From the NCBI GenBank assembly GCA_016839515.1, contig JAEOUE010000044.1:1-33401 (forward strand): a stretch of DNA of 33,401 nt, in the 5' to 3' direction. The translations under genes and the position numbers were made by a program. The notes below the pieces were generated by a model. That model saw only the letters and a program-made list of their open reading frames with translations, was not told where the DNA came from and searched no databases. The stretch is from Candidatus Hodarchaeum mangrovi (GTDB taxonomy: Archaea; Asgardarchaeota; Heimdallarchaeia; Hodarchaeales; Hodarchaeaceae). Positions 1 to 9,381 of this stretch are shown here, piece by piece (within the stretch, counting starts at the first letter, position 1; every line of letters starts with the position of its first letter).

Positions 1-2
1 AT

Positions 3-554
3 ATTGGAAAACAGTTCTATGGAAATTTCATAAATCAATCCAAAGCTCTCTTAAAATTTGCAAGCCCAATAATACCTCTGGGCCAGTTTTGGGAACAATG
101 GGGAATTGAACTGCAACCGTTCTTCAGTTATTGGTCTACTGAAACACTAACTCTTGTCGATATCATGTACATCCATCAGGTAACTATTTCTTACCATGGC
201 CCCCGATTCGTACGTTACACACAACCTTTAATAGTAGAGAGATTTCCTCCATTCGCTTATGAATATCCATTTCTTAAATTAATTTATTATCAATCTGATG
301 AACTGATAACTTCAGAAACTACCTTAACTCAATTAACTGAAGAACCATCAACATCACAAACTACCACAACCCAATCTACCGAAGACTTATCAACATCGAA
401 AATTACCTCAATAAAATCAGCAATAAACCCAACAACGACCCTAAGTACCTTAACCCAAATCCCTCTTATTACATTTGGGTTTTCTTGGATTGTTTCAATC
501 ATTTTGCTATCAGTGCTAACTTTACATCGCTTGAAAAAGAAAAAGAAATTTTAA
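3..554 (+). CDS. 3' part of a cell-surface protein with Ser/Thr-rich linker and C-terminal membrane anchor (gene starts before the window)
   Basis: The frame is open from base 3 through the tracked ATG at 165. It has a T/S-rich stretch (TSETTLTQLTEEPSTSQTTTTQST), then TFGF, a hydrophobic helix and a poly-Lys tail, the layout of archaeal CTERM-type sorting signals. Confidence 0.75.
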   Translation: MGKQFYGNFINQSKALLKFASPIIPLGQFWEQWGIELQPFFSYWSTETLTLVDIMYIHQVTISYHGPRFVRYTQPLIVERFPPFAYEYPFLKLIYYQSDELITSETTLTQLTEEPSTSQTTTTQSTEDLSTSKITSIKSAINPTTTLSTLTQIPLITFGFSWIVSIILLSVLTLHRLKKKKKF

Positions 555-827
555 ATCATAAAAATAAAACAGATTTAAACAGTGTTAAGGAATCTAGAAT
601 TCTTATTGTTCAATTTTTTTTCATTTTCAATACTAGCAACATAAGAATGGCTCCACTTAGTTGAAAAACATAAAAACTTATCTCAAAGATCATCTTTTCT
701 TCGGTTTATGTAACTATGTATGCATAATGCAGAATGATATTTCCATAAATGTAGCTATTACATGATAAAATTCTTATGGATCCACCCTCTTTAAAGAACC
801 AAATTCTGATATTGGATATTAACGAAA

Positions 828-1454
828 ATGACTCAAGCTGATTGGGATCACTACGCACATATCAGTTATTCACCAATTATTCGAGCTCATTACTTTTTCA
901 CAGTTTGGCGGAATTATAGGATTTTATTATCAGGATTGGACATACCAAAAGGTCAATTACTAGAACTTGGTTCATCAACAGGTCAAATTTCTCTTCGTCT
1001 TGCTAAAAATTTTCAATTAATCCCCACATTAGTTGATCACTCTAAACAGGCTCTTTCTATGGCGGTATTTACCTATTCTCAGGCAAAAATTAATGTAATA
1101 ACGCATTTAGAAAGCGTCTTAAGAATAAATCTCTATAAAAAGTTCGATTTTGTTCATTCCCATGGTCTTCTTGAGCATTTTACAGAAAAAGAACAATTTA
1201 TTGTGTTTGAAAATCATGTAAAACATGTTAAAGTAGGAGGTTGGCTAATATGCTGGGTACCAACTCCTGATTTGTTTTACAAAATCAATAAAATGTATCT
1301 TGTTGGCACGGGGCAATGGATCTTTGGCTATGAAAAACCTTTAAGCCTTAAGGAGTTTCTAAGCCTTTTTTATAAGTTTAAATTAAAGATTGTAAAAACA
1401 CGACATGTTCCTGGATGGCTTGGAGTAGCAGCGAAAAAAATCATTTTTGATTAA
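828..1454 (+). CDS. Class I SAM-dependent methyltransferase
   Basis: Motif I LLELGSSTG, acidic LVD after strand 2, FDFVHSHGLLEHF and VKVGGWL. Confidence 0.9.
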   Translation: MTQADWDHYAHISYSPIIRAHYFFTVWRNYRILLSGLDIPKGQLLELGSSTGQISLRLAKNFQLIPTLVDHSKQALSMAVFTYSQAKINVITHLESVLRINLYKKFDFVHSHGLLEHFTEKEQFIVFENHVKHVKVGGWLICWVPTPDLFYKINKMYLVGTGQWIFGYEKPLSLKEFLSLFYKFKLKIVKTRHVPGWLGVAAKKIIFD

Positions 1455-1486
1455 TCATATGGTTGAATTAAAGTGCTAATAATTCC

Positions 1487-2485
1487 TTATAAAGAAGACT
1501 TTATTCGAGCTTTTAATTCGCTTCTTAATTTCCGATATTCAATTATTGGTCTATCTCCATGAATTAATTTCTGTTCAACCATTGAATATGAGGATTTTTT
1601 CGGATTCTGAGTAAGTACTACTCTTTTATCCTGTCTAAGTATGATTCGATTACCTAGAGCTCCTAATTTTCCAAAAAAGGATCGGAAAAATGAAAGTCCT
1701 CCCTTTTGATAAAATCTAACATACATAAGTGTATTCATATCATCTATAGGACTAAATGCAACAAAAATTCTTATATTATCACTGATTCTATTCATCCAAA
1801 TGTTTGGAAACCTGAAATAAAGCATCGCATTATTGATTCTTGGAATTTCCTTTTGAATGGAGTTTTGCCCTACATCTTGTTCATTACGAACCCAAACTTG
1901 GAGTTCATTTACCCCATTTTCATCTAGTAGCTCAACTCCTGGTCCAAGAACAACTGTACGATTTCCTCTCCCAATTGTAGTTTTGTGGACAAAAGGTAAG
2001 TGAACGACATCAAGTTGGTTTTCAATTGCCAAAGAATAATGAACTGCCCAATGATCAGTTATTGTATTATATTTAAAGCTTTTTTCAGTTAATTCCTTAA
2101 ACATTGGAATCGTTGGAAGATTCTTTGGATCAATTTCAGGTTCACCCCACCAAAGAAATACTAATCCACCGATTTCTTTTATAGTAAAGGTGTCTTGTTT
2201 AAAATATTCTGGTACTTTCGAATTTCTTCCTATAGCTGGAATTATCTTTACTTTCCCAGTATAATCATACTCGAATCCATGAAAAGGACACTGTAAATGA
2301 TGATGAATCACATCTCCTTTACTCAAGGCTGCTCCTCGATGAATGCATTGATCTTTAATGCAATAAAGGCTATTATCACTCGTTCTCCAAAATGCTAATT
2401 TCATTCCCATTCGGGTTACTCCTAGAACCTCTCCTCTCTTTATCTCACGAGATTCTATAACTGCGTACCACTGGTTAGGTATCAT
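1487..2485 (-). CDS. Rieske non-heme iron oxygenase, alpha subunit (VanA/PAO-like)
   Basis: Rieske ligands CIHRG and CPFHG, mononuclear Fe motif ENQLDVVHLPFVH, and a C-terminal QD. Confidence 0.92.
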   Translation of the reverse strand: MIPNQWYAVIESREIKRGEVLGVTRMGMKLAFWRTSDNSLYCIKDQCIHRGAALSKGDVIHHHLQCPFHGFEYDYTGKVKIIPAIGRNSKVPEYFKQDTFTIKEIGGLVFLWWGEPEIDPKNLPTIPMFKELTEKSFKYNTITDHWAVHYSLAIENQLDVVHLPFVHKTTIGRGNRTVVLGPGVELLDENGVNELQVWVRNEQDVGQNSIQKEIPRINNAMLYFRFPNIWMNRISDNIRIFVAFSPIDDMNTLMYVRFYQKGGLSFFRSFFGKLGALGNRIILRQDKRVVLTQNPKKSSYSMVEQKLIHGDRPIIEYRKLRSELKARIKSSL

Positions 2486-2500
2486 AATAATTACTCCTGT

Positions 2501-3499
2501 TTAAAGAAGCTTTTCAAGATTTGCGAATGGTAGCAAAGTAGCTTGATCCTTAATTATTGGTAGTACTTTTTCCTGTTGTTCTTGAAAAAATGTGTAAAAA
2601 TTTATTCCAAATTCACTCATTGGCATTTGGTCATGTAGCTCATCTCGAAGGCTTTCCAAGCATAATGGTTCCTTTATGAATAAACTTGATAAAGGTAGAG
2701 CCTTATTTTCAAGATTTTGTTCTATTAAAATCTGTCTCCAATTTTTATCTCTTAGAAAATGATGATCCAGATAAAATTGATTATTTAAGATTCTTTTAAT
2801 TCTATTAAATGCCATTCTTGTGTCCTCTTCAGTTTGTTTTGGATGATAAGTTGAGGGACCATCCAGAATTAAATGGTTTGATTTATATTTCAAGATAAAG
2901 TTAAGGGCTGCCTCACTTTCTAAACCATGGACATCGGATGTAAATAAGACACTATCCTGCGAATCTTCAATGAAAACAGAAATAACCCATCCAGAATGAG
3001 ACCCTTCTTTCCCATGGGGTAAGGGAAGAGAACATATTATTCGTGTCTTACCATATATGAATTGATTATTATCTGCTGAATGGATTGTAATCTTTTTTTT
3101 CCATAACCAGTATGCTCTTTTCTTCTGATTATAATTAATATTCTTCTTAGGATCTTTGGCTAATATAATTTTGTCTGTATTTCCATAGATTTTATTTTGC
3201 ATTTCTTGATTTGTAAATTCATATGGCCTATTAACCCCTAATGTAAAATGATCTCCGTGATAATGTGTTTGTATGATTATCGAGGTATTTTTTACTGCTT
3301 TCAGGATCAATTGGCGTGATAAATAGGCTGCAGCGATTTCCTTTAAGTGTGGTTTCAAGCTATATCTTAACGGCCCTAGGGAAACTGAAGGATCTATTAA
3401 AATTTTCTGATCTTCTGTTTTTATAAAAACGCACATTCCTCGTGAACCAAGAGACTCAGCTGCAAGTGGAATAATCTCCATTGTTACTGTACCACTCAA
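2501..3499 (-). CDS. Archaeal metallo-beta-lactamase-fold hydrolase (UPF0282-like)
   Basis: PLAAESLGSRGM, ILIDPSVSLGP, THYHGDH, PHG, FTSDVHG, LDGP and DHHFLRD motifs. Confidence 0.85.
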   Translation of the reverse strand: MSGTVTMEIIPLAAESLGSRGMCVFIKTEDQKILIDPSVSLGPLRYSLKPHLKEIAAAYLSRQLILKAVKNTSIIIQTHYHGDHFTLGVNRPYEFTNQEMQNKIYGNTDKIILAKDPKKNINYNQKKRAYWLWKKKITIHSADNNQFIYGKTRIICSLPLPHGKEGSHSGWVISVFIEDSQDSVLFTSDVHGLESEAALNFILKYKSNHLILDGPSTYHPKQTEEDTRMAFNRIKRILNNQFYLDHHFLRDKNWRQILIEQNLENKALPLSSLFIKEPLCLESLRDELHDQMPMSEFGINFYTFFQEQQEKVLPIIKDQATLLPFANLEKLL

Positions 3500-3565
3500 G
3501 GATATTTATTGAGAATTAATACTAAGATAATTTCTCTATTTAGTTTGATCTTATCTTTTATTCGA

Positions 3566-4387
3566 TTATAACCTTGTTTTAATCCAATTTTGGATTCCAG
3601 TAATTCTTTCATAACTCCTCTGTGAAATAAGTAATGATAATCCAAATGTGATCAGAACATTTGTAACTAAGAAAAATGTGAATTCTTCAATAGGTAGGAT
3701 GCCACCTAAGAGAATATTTATCGTTTGAAATGGTGAGATTTCCCAAATTCCATCTTGAATAGCAATTGCATCGGTAATAGCAAAATAAATTGTACCTAGT
3801 CCTATAGTTAATGAAACTGGAATTTTCATTTCCCACAATATATCTGCTCCAAAGAGAAGTTGAACAGAGATGGGAGGTAAAGCCCATAGTAGTATCAAAT
3901 TTAAATAATTTAAACTCTCAATTTGCGAAAAAAAAGTGACTAAAGAGATTACCCAGATTGAGAGAACTGGAAGAATCACCAATAGATTTTTTAGACCCAT
4001 TTTCATTACTGACTCCTTACTCTTTGAGATTTTTCCAGAAAATTGCCTATATATCAGGATGAATGTCAAACCTATTAAAAAGGTCTGTAAAATAAAAAAC
4101 ATGTACTCTTCAAATGGAACATATCCGATGATTATACCTAAGATTTTATCAGGATCATAACTCCATACTTCAGAAGCAACCAGATAATTATCCCAAGGTG
4201 TAGTATAAATTATAGCAATCAAAGCTAGGAAGAATATTAAAAATCCTATTCTTTGAAAAGTTGGAAAATAACTCTGATTATTTGATTGTTTTAATCGCAC
4301 GATGCCTATGAATAATATAAAGCCAACGATTAGAGGTATAATAACAAATAAAATTAAGAAAAAGGGATAATTCAACATACTTGGCAC
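3566..4387 (-). CDS. crtY: Membrane lycopene cyclase with two tandem CrtYc/Yd-type domains
   Basis: Two repeats of the D..W..P.EE..FF signature (PWDNYLVASEVWSY...VPFEEYMFF and DAIAIQDGIWEI...LPIEEFTFF). Multiple TM helices; lies directly downstream of crtI. Confidence 0.88.
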   Translation of the reverse strand: MPSMLNYPFFLILFVIIPLIVGFILFIGIVRLKQSNNQSYFPTFQRIGFLIFFLALIAIIYTTPWDNYLVASEVWSYDPDKILGIIIGYVPFEEYMFFILQTFLIGLTFILIYRQFSGKISKSKESVMKMGLKNLLVILPVLSIWVISLVTFFSQIESLNYLNLILLWALPPISVQLLFGADILWEMKIPVSLTIGLGTIYFAITDAIAIQDGIWEISPFQTINILLGGILPIEEFTFFLVTNVLITFGLSLLISQRSYERITGIQNWIKTRL

Positions 4388-4407
4388 CTCAGGTAAACGT
4401 AATTCTT

Positions 4408-5940
4408 TTAGGGATTATCATTCTTATTATAATTGTCATAAGCTTTTAATATTAAATCAGTAGTAACTTTAGCACTAGAAACTACTCCTGGTAAACCTGC
4501 TCCTGGATGAGTTCCTGCACCTACAAGATACAATCCTTTAATATCTTCAGATTTGTTATGGGGTCTAAACCATGCTGACTGAGTAAAAACCGGTTCTAAG
4601 GAAAATCCAGTACCTTTATAGCTACTATAATCTTTCTTAAAATCCAAAGGAGTTAGAATTCGATCAGTAACAATATTATCAAGTAATCCTGGCAAGTAAT
4701 TTTTATCTAAGAATTTAAGTATCTTTTCTTTAAATGGGGTAGCAATTCTGGTCCAATCGTCTTTAGAATCCAAATTTGGAACAGGAATAAGAATATAAAA
4801 GGCTTCATGACCTTCAGGAGCTAAACTTGGGTCTGTTCGTGTTGGAACATGTAAATAAGAACTGAAATCCTCACTTAAAACTTTTTTATTAAAGATATCT
4901 TCCAATAGTTCCTTGTACCGTGGACCTAAAATGATTGTATGATGTTTCATATCTGGATATTGCTTTTTTGTCCCAAAATAGATAACAACAAGACTCATAG
5001 AATATTTTGCTTTTGAATATCGTTTATCTTTATTCTTTTTCCTCCATTTTTTATCAATTAATTGAGTATAGGTGAATGCAGGATCAATATTTGAAACTAT
5101 AAGATCTGCAGAAATTGTTTCCCCAGATGTCGTCTTTACACCTCTTACCTCTCTATTTTCAATTAAAATTTCCTTCACTTCGCTATTAACAACTATTTTT
5201 CCCCCTAATTCATGAAATAACCTTGCTAATGCGTGAACCAGTGATGTTGTTCCCCCTTTAGCAAACCAAATACCAAATTCTTTTTCTAAATATTGAATAA
5301 GACTATAAATAGACGGAACGGAAAACGGATTTCCCCCGATTAATAATGGATGGAAGCTAAAAACCATTCTAAGCTTATCATTCTTAATATATTTCGAGAC
5401 AAATTCATAATTAGATCTGTATGATTGCAATCGAATAAGGGCTGGAGCAACTTTTAACATTGACCAGAAGGAAATAAAGGGTTGAAATGATAGCTCTTCA
5501 AAACCTTTCTCATAAATTGGTTTAACAGCCCTAATCATCTTCTTATAGCCCTCAACATCCTCGGGACTAAGAACTTCGATTTGAGGAATATTTTTATCTG
5601 GATGTGAATAATCAAAATATGTCTTATCATTAAAATAAACCCGATAGTAGGGTTCTACTGGAAAGAATTTTACGTAATCATCAATATTTTTTCCAGCTAA
5701 TTCGAAAAGATTCTTAAATATTTGAGGGGCAGTTATTACTGTTGGACCTGCATCAAATACAAATCCATCTTGTTTGAACACCCTTGCTCTTCCACCTATC
5801 TGATCTAGTTTTTCTAGTATTGTTACATTATATCCTTCGTGCTGTAATCGGATTGCAGCTGCTAGCCCACCGAATCCAGAGCCTATAATTACGATTCTTT
5901 TTTTTGTATTCAATTTTTTCATTAAAATTTCCGCCTTCAC
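4408..5940 (-). CDS. crtI: Phytoene desaturase
   Basis: FAD motif IIGSGFGGLAAA, GGRA, FDAGPTVIT, HPLLIGGNPF and the C-terminal signature LYLVGAGTHPGAGLPGV. The start may be the ATG at 5922. Confidence 0.95.
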   Translation of the reverse strand: MKAEILMKKLNTKKRIVIIGSGFGGLAAAIRLQHEGYNVTILEKLDQIGGRARVFKQDGFVFDAGPTVITAPQIFKNLFELAGKNIDDYVKFFPVEPYYRVYFNDKTYFDYSHPDKNIPQIEVLSPEDVEGYKKMIRAVKPIYEKGFEELSFQPFISFWSMLKVAPALIRLQSYRSNYEFVSKYIKNDKLRMVFSFHPLLIGGNPFSVPSIYSLIQYLEKEFGIWFAKGGTTSLVHALARLFHELGGKIVVNSEVKEILIENREVRGVKTTSGETISADLIVSNIDPAFTYTQLIDKKWRKKNKDKRYSKAKYSMSLVVIYFGTKKQYPDMKHHTIILGPRYKELLEDIFNKKVLSEDFSSYLHVPTRTDPSLAPEGHEAFYILIPVPNLDSKDDWTRIATPFKEKILKFLDKNYLPGLLDNIVTDRILTPLDFKKDYSSYKGTGFSLEPVFTQSAWFRPHNKSEDIKGLYLVGAGTHPGAGLPGVVSSAKVTTDLILKAYDNYNKNDNP

Positions 5941-5971
5941 AGTAAATATGTCATTAAAATCATTTATTAAT

Positions 5972-6040
5972 TATGAACGAGAATTTTAAGTTTCAACAAA
6001 ATATTTATATTCATGAACTAAATTATACTACATGAACTTA
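5972..6040. promoter_or_regulatory. Repeated ATGAAC boxes in the divergent crtI/crtB promoter (candidate operator)
   Basis: ATGAAC at 5973, 6013 and 6032; CATGAACT at 6012 and 6031; palindrome TTCATGAA at 6010-6017. Confidence 0.45.
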
Positions 6041-6087
6041 AAAATTTTATCTAGTGTTCTCAAAAGTCAAAAGAGAGTTTACAGAAA

Positions 6088-7029
6088 ATGTATGCTAATG
6101 AAAAGCTGGAAAATATACAGTTACTCCCTGAAAGAATTAATGCTAAGTATAACGTGATTAGTTCATTAGATGAATCCTATAAATTTTGTCTTGATTGGAT
6201 GTCAGTTCATAGCAAATCATTTTTCTTTGCATCAAGGTTTCTCCCAGATGATCAACGTAAAAGTGTTGCTGCTTTGTATGCTTTTTGTCGCTTAACTGAC
6301 GATATTGTAGACGAAGCTTCTGAAGAGACATCAATCGAAGAAATTAATGCAAGCTTAGATCATTTAAAGCAAATAGTGATCAACCTTTCAAATGGATATA
6401 CCTCAACAAATCCAATCCTTCATGCATTTGGAGACACAATTAAAAAACACCGTATTCCTGTCGAATATATGCATGAACTAATTGAAGGCGTCCGAATGGA
6501 TCTAAATAAATCTGAATATTATTCTGAGGATGAACTAGACCTTTATATGTATCGTGTTGCATCTACTGTAGGATTAATGATGACAACAATCTTCATTAGC
6601 AATCCTGAACCCCAAGTTCTTGCTAGAGCTGCTGATTTAGGAAAAGCTATGCAATTGACCAATATTCTACGAGATATAAAAGAAGATTACAATAAAGGGC
6701 GTATTTATTTACCTGAAGAAACACGAAACCTCTATGGGGTTACCAAAGCAGATTTAGAAGACAGAGAGATTTCGAAGAACTTAATTGCACTAATCAAATT
6801 TGAAACAAAAAAAGCACGATCATATTACAATCGTGCGGATTTAGGAATTAAAAAATTACCCCCCAGCGCTGCTTACACTGTCAAAGTTGCATCACGTGTC
6901 TATGGTGAAATATTAAATGAAATTAAACGTCGCAATTATCAGATATTGAAACAAAGAGCCGTCGTTTCAAAGCTTAGAAAAGTTATAATTGCTTTAAAAG
7001 TTCGATTGTCCTTCATTGGAAAATTATGA
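6088..7029 (+). CDS. crtB: Phytoene synthase
   Basis: SKSFFFAS, LYAFCRLTDDIVD, YRVASTVG and QLTNILRDIKED..GRIYLP; divergent from crtI. Confidence 0.95.
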   Translation: MYANEKLENIQLLPERINAKYNVISSLDESYKFCLDWMSVHSKSFFFASRFLPDDQRKSVAALYAFCRLTDDIVDEASEETSIEEINASLDHLKQIVINLSNGYTSTNPILHAFGDTIKKHRIPVEYMHELIEGVRMDLNKSEYYSEDELDLYMYRVASTVGLMMTTIFISNPEPQVLARAADLGKAMQLTNILRDIKEDYNKGRIYLPEETRNLYGVTKADLEDREISKNLIALIKFETKKARSYYNRADLGIKKLPPSAAYTVKVASRVYGEILNEIKRRNYQILKQRAVVSKLRKVIIALKVRLSFIGKL

Positions 7030-7220
7030 TCATCTTCCCTGATTCTTTGTATAGAATAAAGATGAATTAAGTTATATAGAAAAAAAATGATAAAAAATTG
7101 CTTTTACACACAATAAAAAAATTATTTATGACGTAATAAGGGATTTAAACTGACAGAAAGTAAAGTAGTAGCTTTTACAGGAATAGATTAGCAATAATTT
7201 TTTGAACAGAGAAGATTTTT

Positions 7221-8366
7221 ATGCTTAAACTTGACGAAAAAATTATTCTGTCTTTAAGAAAGAATCGAAAAATTATTGTACATTATGATGAGTTAAAAAA
7301 TGAGTTCAAGGTAGACAATTCTAAAATCAAAGGAATTATTTCCCGATTAATGGAAAAAGGCTTCATTACTGAAGAGGAAACCGAATCATCACACCCAGTT
7401 TTTAAAGTAGTCAGTTCCCAAGACTTTATTTTAAATTATTTAAGGAAGAATCGTAATCGTGAAATTCCAGTCTCGGAAATAGTTAAAAATAGCTTTCTTA
7501 AACGGAATACTATTTCTAATGCAATTCATGAACTTCAATTAAAAAATCTTATTGAAATTTGTCGACGACCCCTTAAGAGAGGTAGATATACCGTTATTTG
7601 GTTAACGGGAGACATAATTACCGAAAAGTATCGTCATAAAGATGAATTAGTAGAAGAAGAATTTATTGAGGAGAAATTTCAGAAAAGATTATCTAAAGAA
7701 CCAGTAATTATAGATAGGAATCTAAATGAAGATATTTCTTATTTAAGTTCAAATTCATATGATCATGTTGAATTTTTTAAGAATTTATTACCATTAACAC
7801 ATGATATTTTCACTTTTGTAACTGGTTACCTTAGTCCTTTAATGACCCAAGTTGGTAATCTCTGGGAAAGTGCTGAATTGTCAACTGTAGACGAACATAT
7901 TATTTCTGCTAGGATGGAGAAAATAATGATTGAATTAATTAATCAACGGAATAACATCAAAGGGGAAGTAATCATTTTAGTCTCAGTTGAAGGAGAATTT
8001 CATACATTAAGTTTACTCGCTTTAGAATTACTATTTACAGATTACTCATACTATGTGATTAATCTTGCTAAACCCCTCCCTATTAAGGCTTTAATTCGTT
8101 ACCTTCAGGAAAAAGGAACTCCAAAATGGATTTTTCTTTCTATTACCCAATCTATATATCGGGGTACATTGAAGCGTGACATTATTTTACTTCGAAAAGA
8201 GTTTGGAGACACTGTTGGAATAGTGATTGGAGGAAAGGGTCTATTAGAAGAGGATCGAAATAAATTTCCAGGAGCAAATAATGTAATTATTACCCCTGAA
8301 GATCTTTTTCAATTTTTCACTAGTTCTTTCAAAAGAAGGAAAAATGACAATGATTCCTGCTATTGA
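7221..8366 (+). CDS. Cobalamin-binding transcriptional regulator (CarH/LitR-like sensor domain with N-terminal tandem wHTH)
   Basis: W-x9-EH motif (WESAELSTVDEH), EGEFHTLS (ExHxxG variant), LSIT and IVIGGKG. Two N-terminal wHTH-like units, both containing LRKNR. Adjacent to crtB. Confidence 0.8.
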   Translation: MLKLDEKIILSLRKNRKIIVHYDELKNEFKVDNSKIKGIISRLMEKGFITEEETESSHPVFKVVSSQDFILNYLRKNRNREIPVSEIVKNSFLKRNTISNAIHELQLKNLIEICRRPLKRGRYTVIWLTGDIITEKYRHKDELVEEEFIEEKFQKRLSKEPVIIDRNLNEDISYLSSNSYDHVEFFKNLLPLTHDIFTFVTGYLSPLMTQVGNLWESAELSTVDEHIISARMEKIMIELINQRNNIKGEVIILVSVEGEFHTLSLLALELLFTDYSYYVINLAKPLPIKALIRYLQEKGTPKWIFLSITQSIYRGTLKRDIILLRKEFGDTVGIVIGGKGLLEEDRNKFPGANNVIITPEDLFQFFTSSFKRRKNDNDSCY

Positions 8367-8388
8367 TTTTTTGAGATAAAAAATAACT

Positions 8389-9381
8389 TCATCCAACAAT
8401 ATTTGGGTAAATAGACGGTTCTTGCTCTGGATTAAAGTTTAAAATTTCCTGAGTTGAGAGAATACGTGCGATACGTCCTGTTTTACCATGGATTGAGAAA
8501 GGTAGACGCAGTAATCTCCGTGTATCAATTGTTACTTTATGATCAATTCGTGGAACCCAACGACGAAGTATTTCATCATATTTATTGCTTCTCGCAAGAT
8601 TTATGTTGAATTCTCTGAAAACTATTTCATCAATTTTCCCATCTTGATGTTTAATAAGACTAATAATGTTTGATGCTCTGGAAGTAGTTAAACCTACATT
8701 TAATAAATCCTTCCGTTTAACATCTGTGAGAAAAGCCCGAAAAACGTTATACTCGACACGTTTTCGAAATTCCTCGGGAAGTTCTTTACGATCCTCTACC
8801 CGTGCTGTTTCTTCTTCACCATGAATTACGGTGAGATAATCGATAATCGACATCCGTTGTTCTTGGGTTAAATTAAAACCACAGGAATCAGTTACCCACC
8901 CGTGAATACCACGTCGACCTGAAAAAACCCAAACAATGTCTTCCATACCGAAATCTAGCCGAAGTGTTTCATCGATGATGTTAATAGCAAGAGTAATTAA
9001 TTGCCAACATCGATTGCAAAGCTGATCTGCTCCCTGACATGTACAGATATAATTTCTTACAGCATCATATTCATTAAGATCAATGTCAAATACTAATTCA
9101 TGACCTAACCAACCTAGCGTATGAATTGGAGATTGGCGTGTTGGAGGATTGTCATAAACAGCTCCGACATATGCATGAAGTGGTGTACGATCAACAAGAA
9201 AATCATGCAGTGCTGAGGGATCTTCAAAGGAAATATTTCGGAAGAATTTGTTGTCTGAAGAAGCAAATCCAAATTCACGTGTACGAAAAGTTTTGAAATC
9301 AATAACTCTTTCTAACCCTTTTATGTCAAAAAAAGAAGCATAATAATCACGAATAGCCATTTCTCTTGAACTTTGACTCAT
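8389..9381 (-). CDS. priS: DNA primase small (catalytic) subunit
   Basis: REFGF, ELVFDID, Cys cluster CTC..CNRCW, VFSGRRGIHGWV and PRID...RLLRLPFSIHGKTG. Confidence 0.95.
   Translation of the reverse strand: MSQSSREMAIRDYYASFFDIKGLERVIDFKTFRTREFGFASSDNKFFRNISFEDPSALHDFLVDRTPLHAYVGAVYDNPPTRQSPIHTLGWLGHELVFDIDLNEYDAVRNYICTCQGADQLCNRCWQLITLAINIIDETLRLDFGMEDIVWVFSGRRGIHGWVTDSCGFNLTQEQRMSIIDYLTVIHGEEETARVEDRKELPEEFRKRVEYNVFRAFLTDVKRKDLLNVGLTTSRASNIISLIKHQDGKIDEIVFREFNINLARSNKYDEILRRWVPRIDHKVTIDTRRLLRLPFSIHGKTGRIARILSTQEILNFNPEQEPSIYPNIVG

Noticed and set aside
828-1454. Methyltransferase as a carotenoid O-methyltransferase (CrtF)
   Set aside because: Too short, lacks the dimerisation domain, and is convergent to the operon.
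1706-4160. Track ORFs 1706-1927, 3687-3887 and 3936-4160
   Set aside because: They lie wholly inside the Rieske and crtY genes on another frame or strand and have no motifs.
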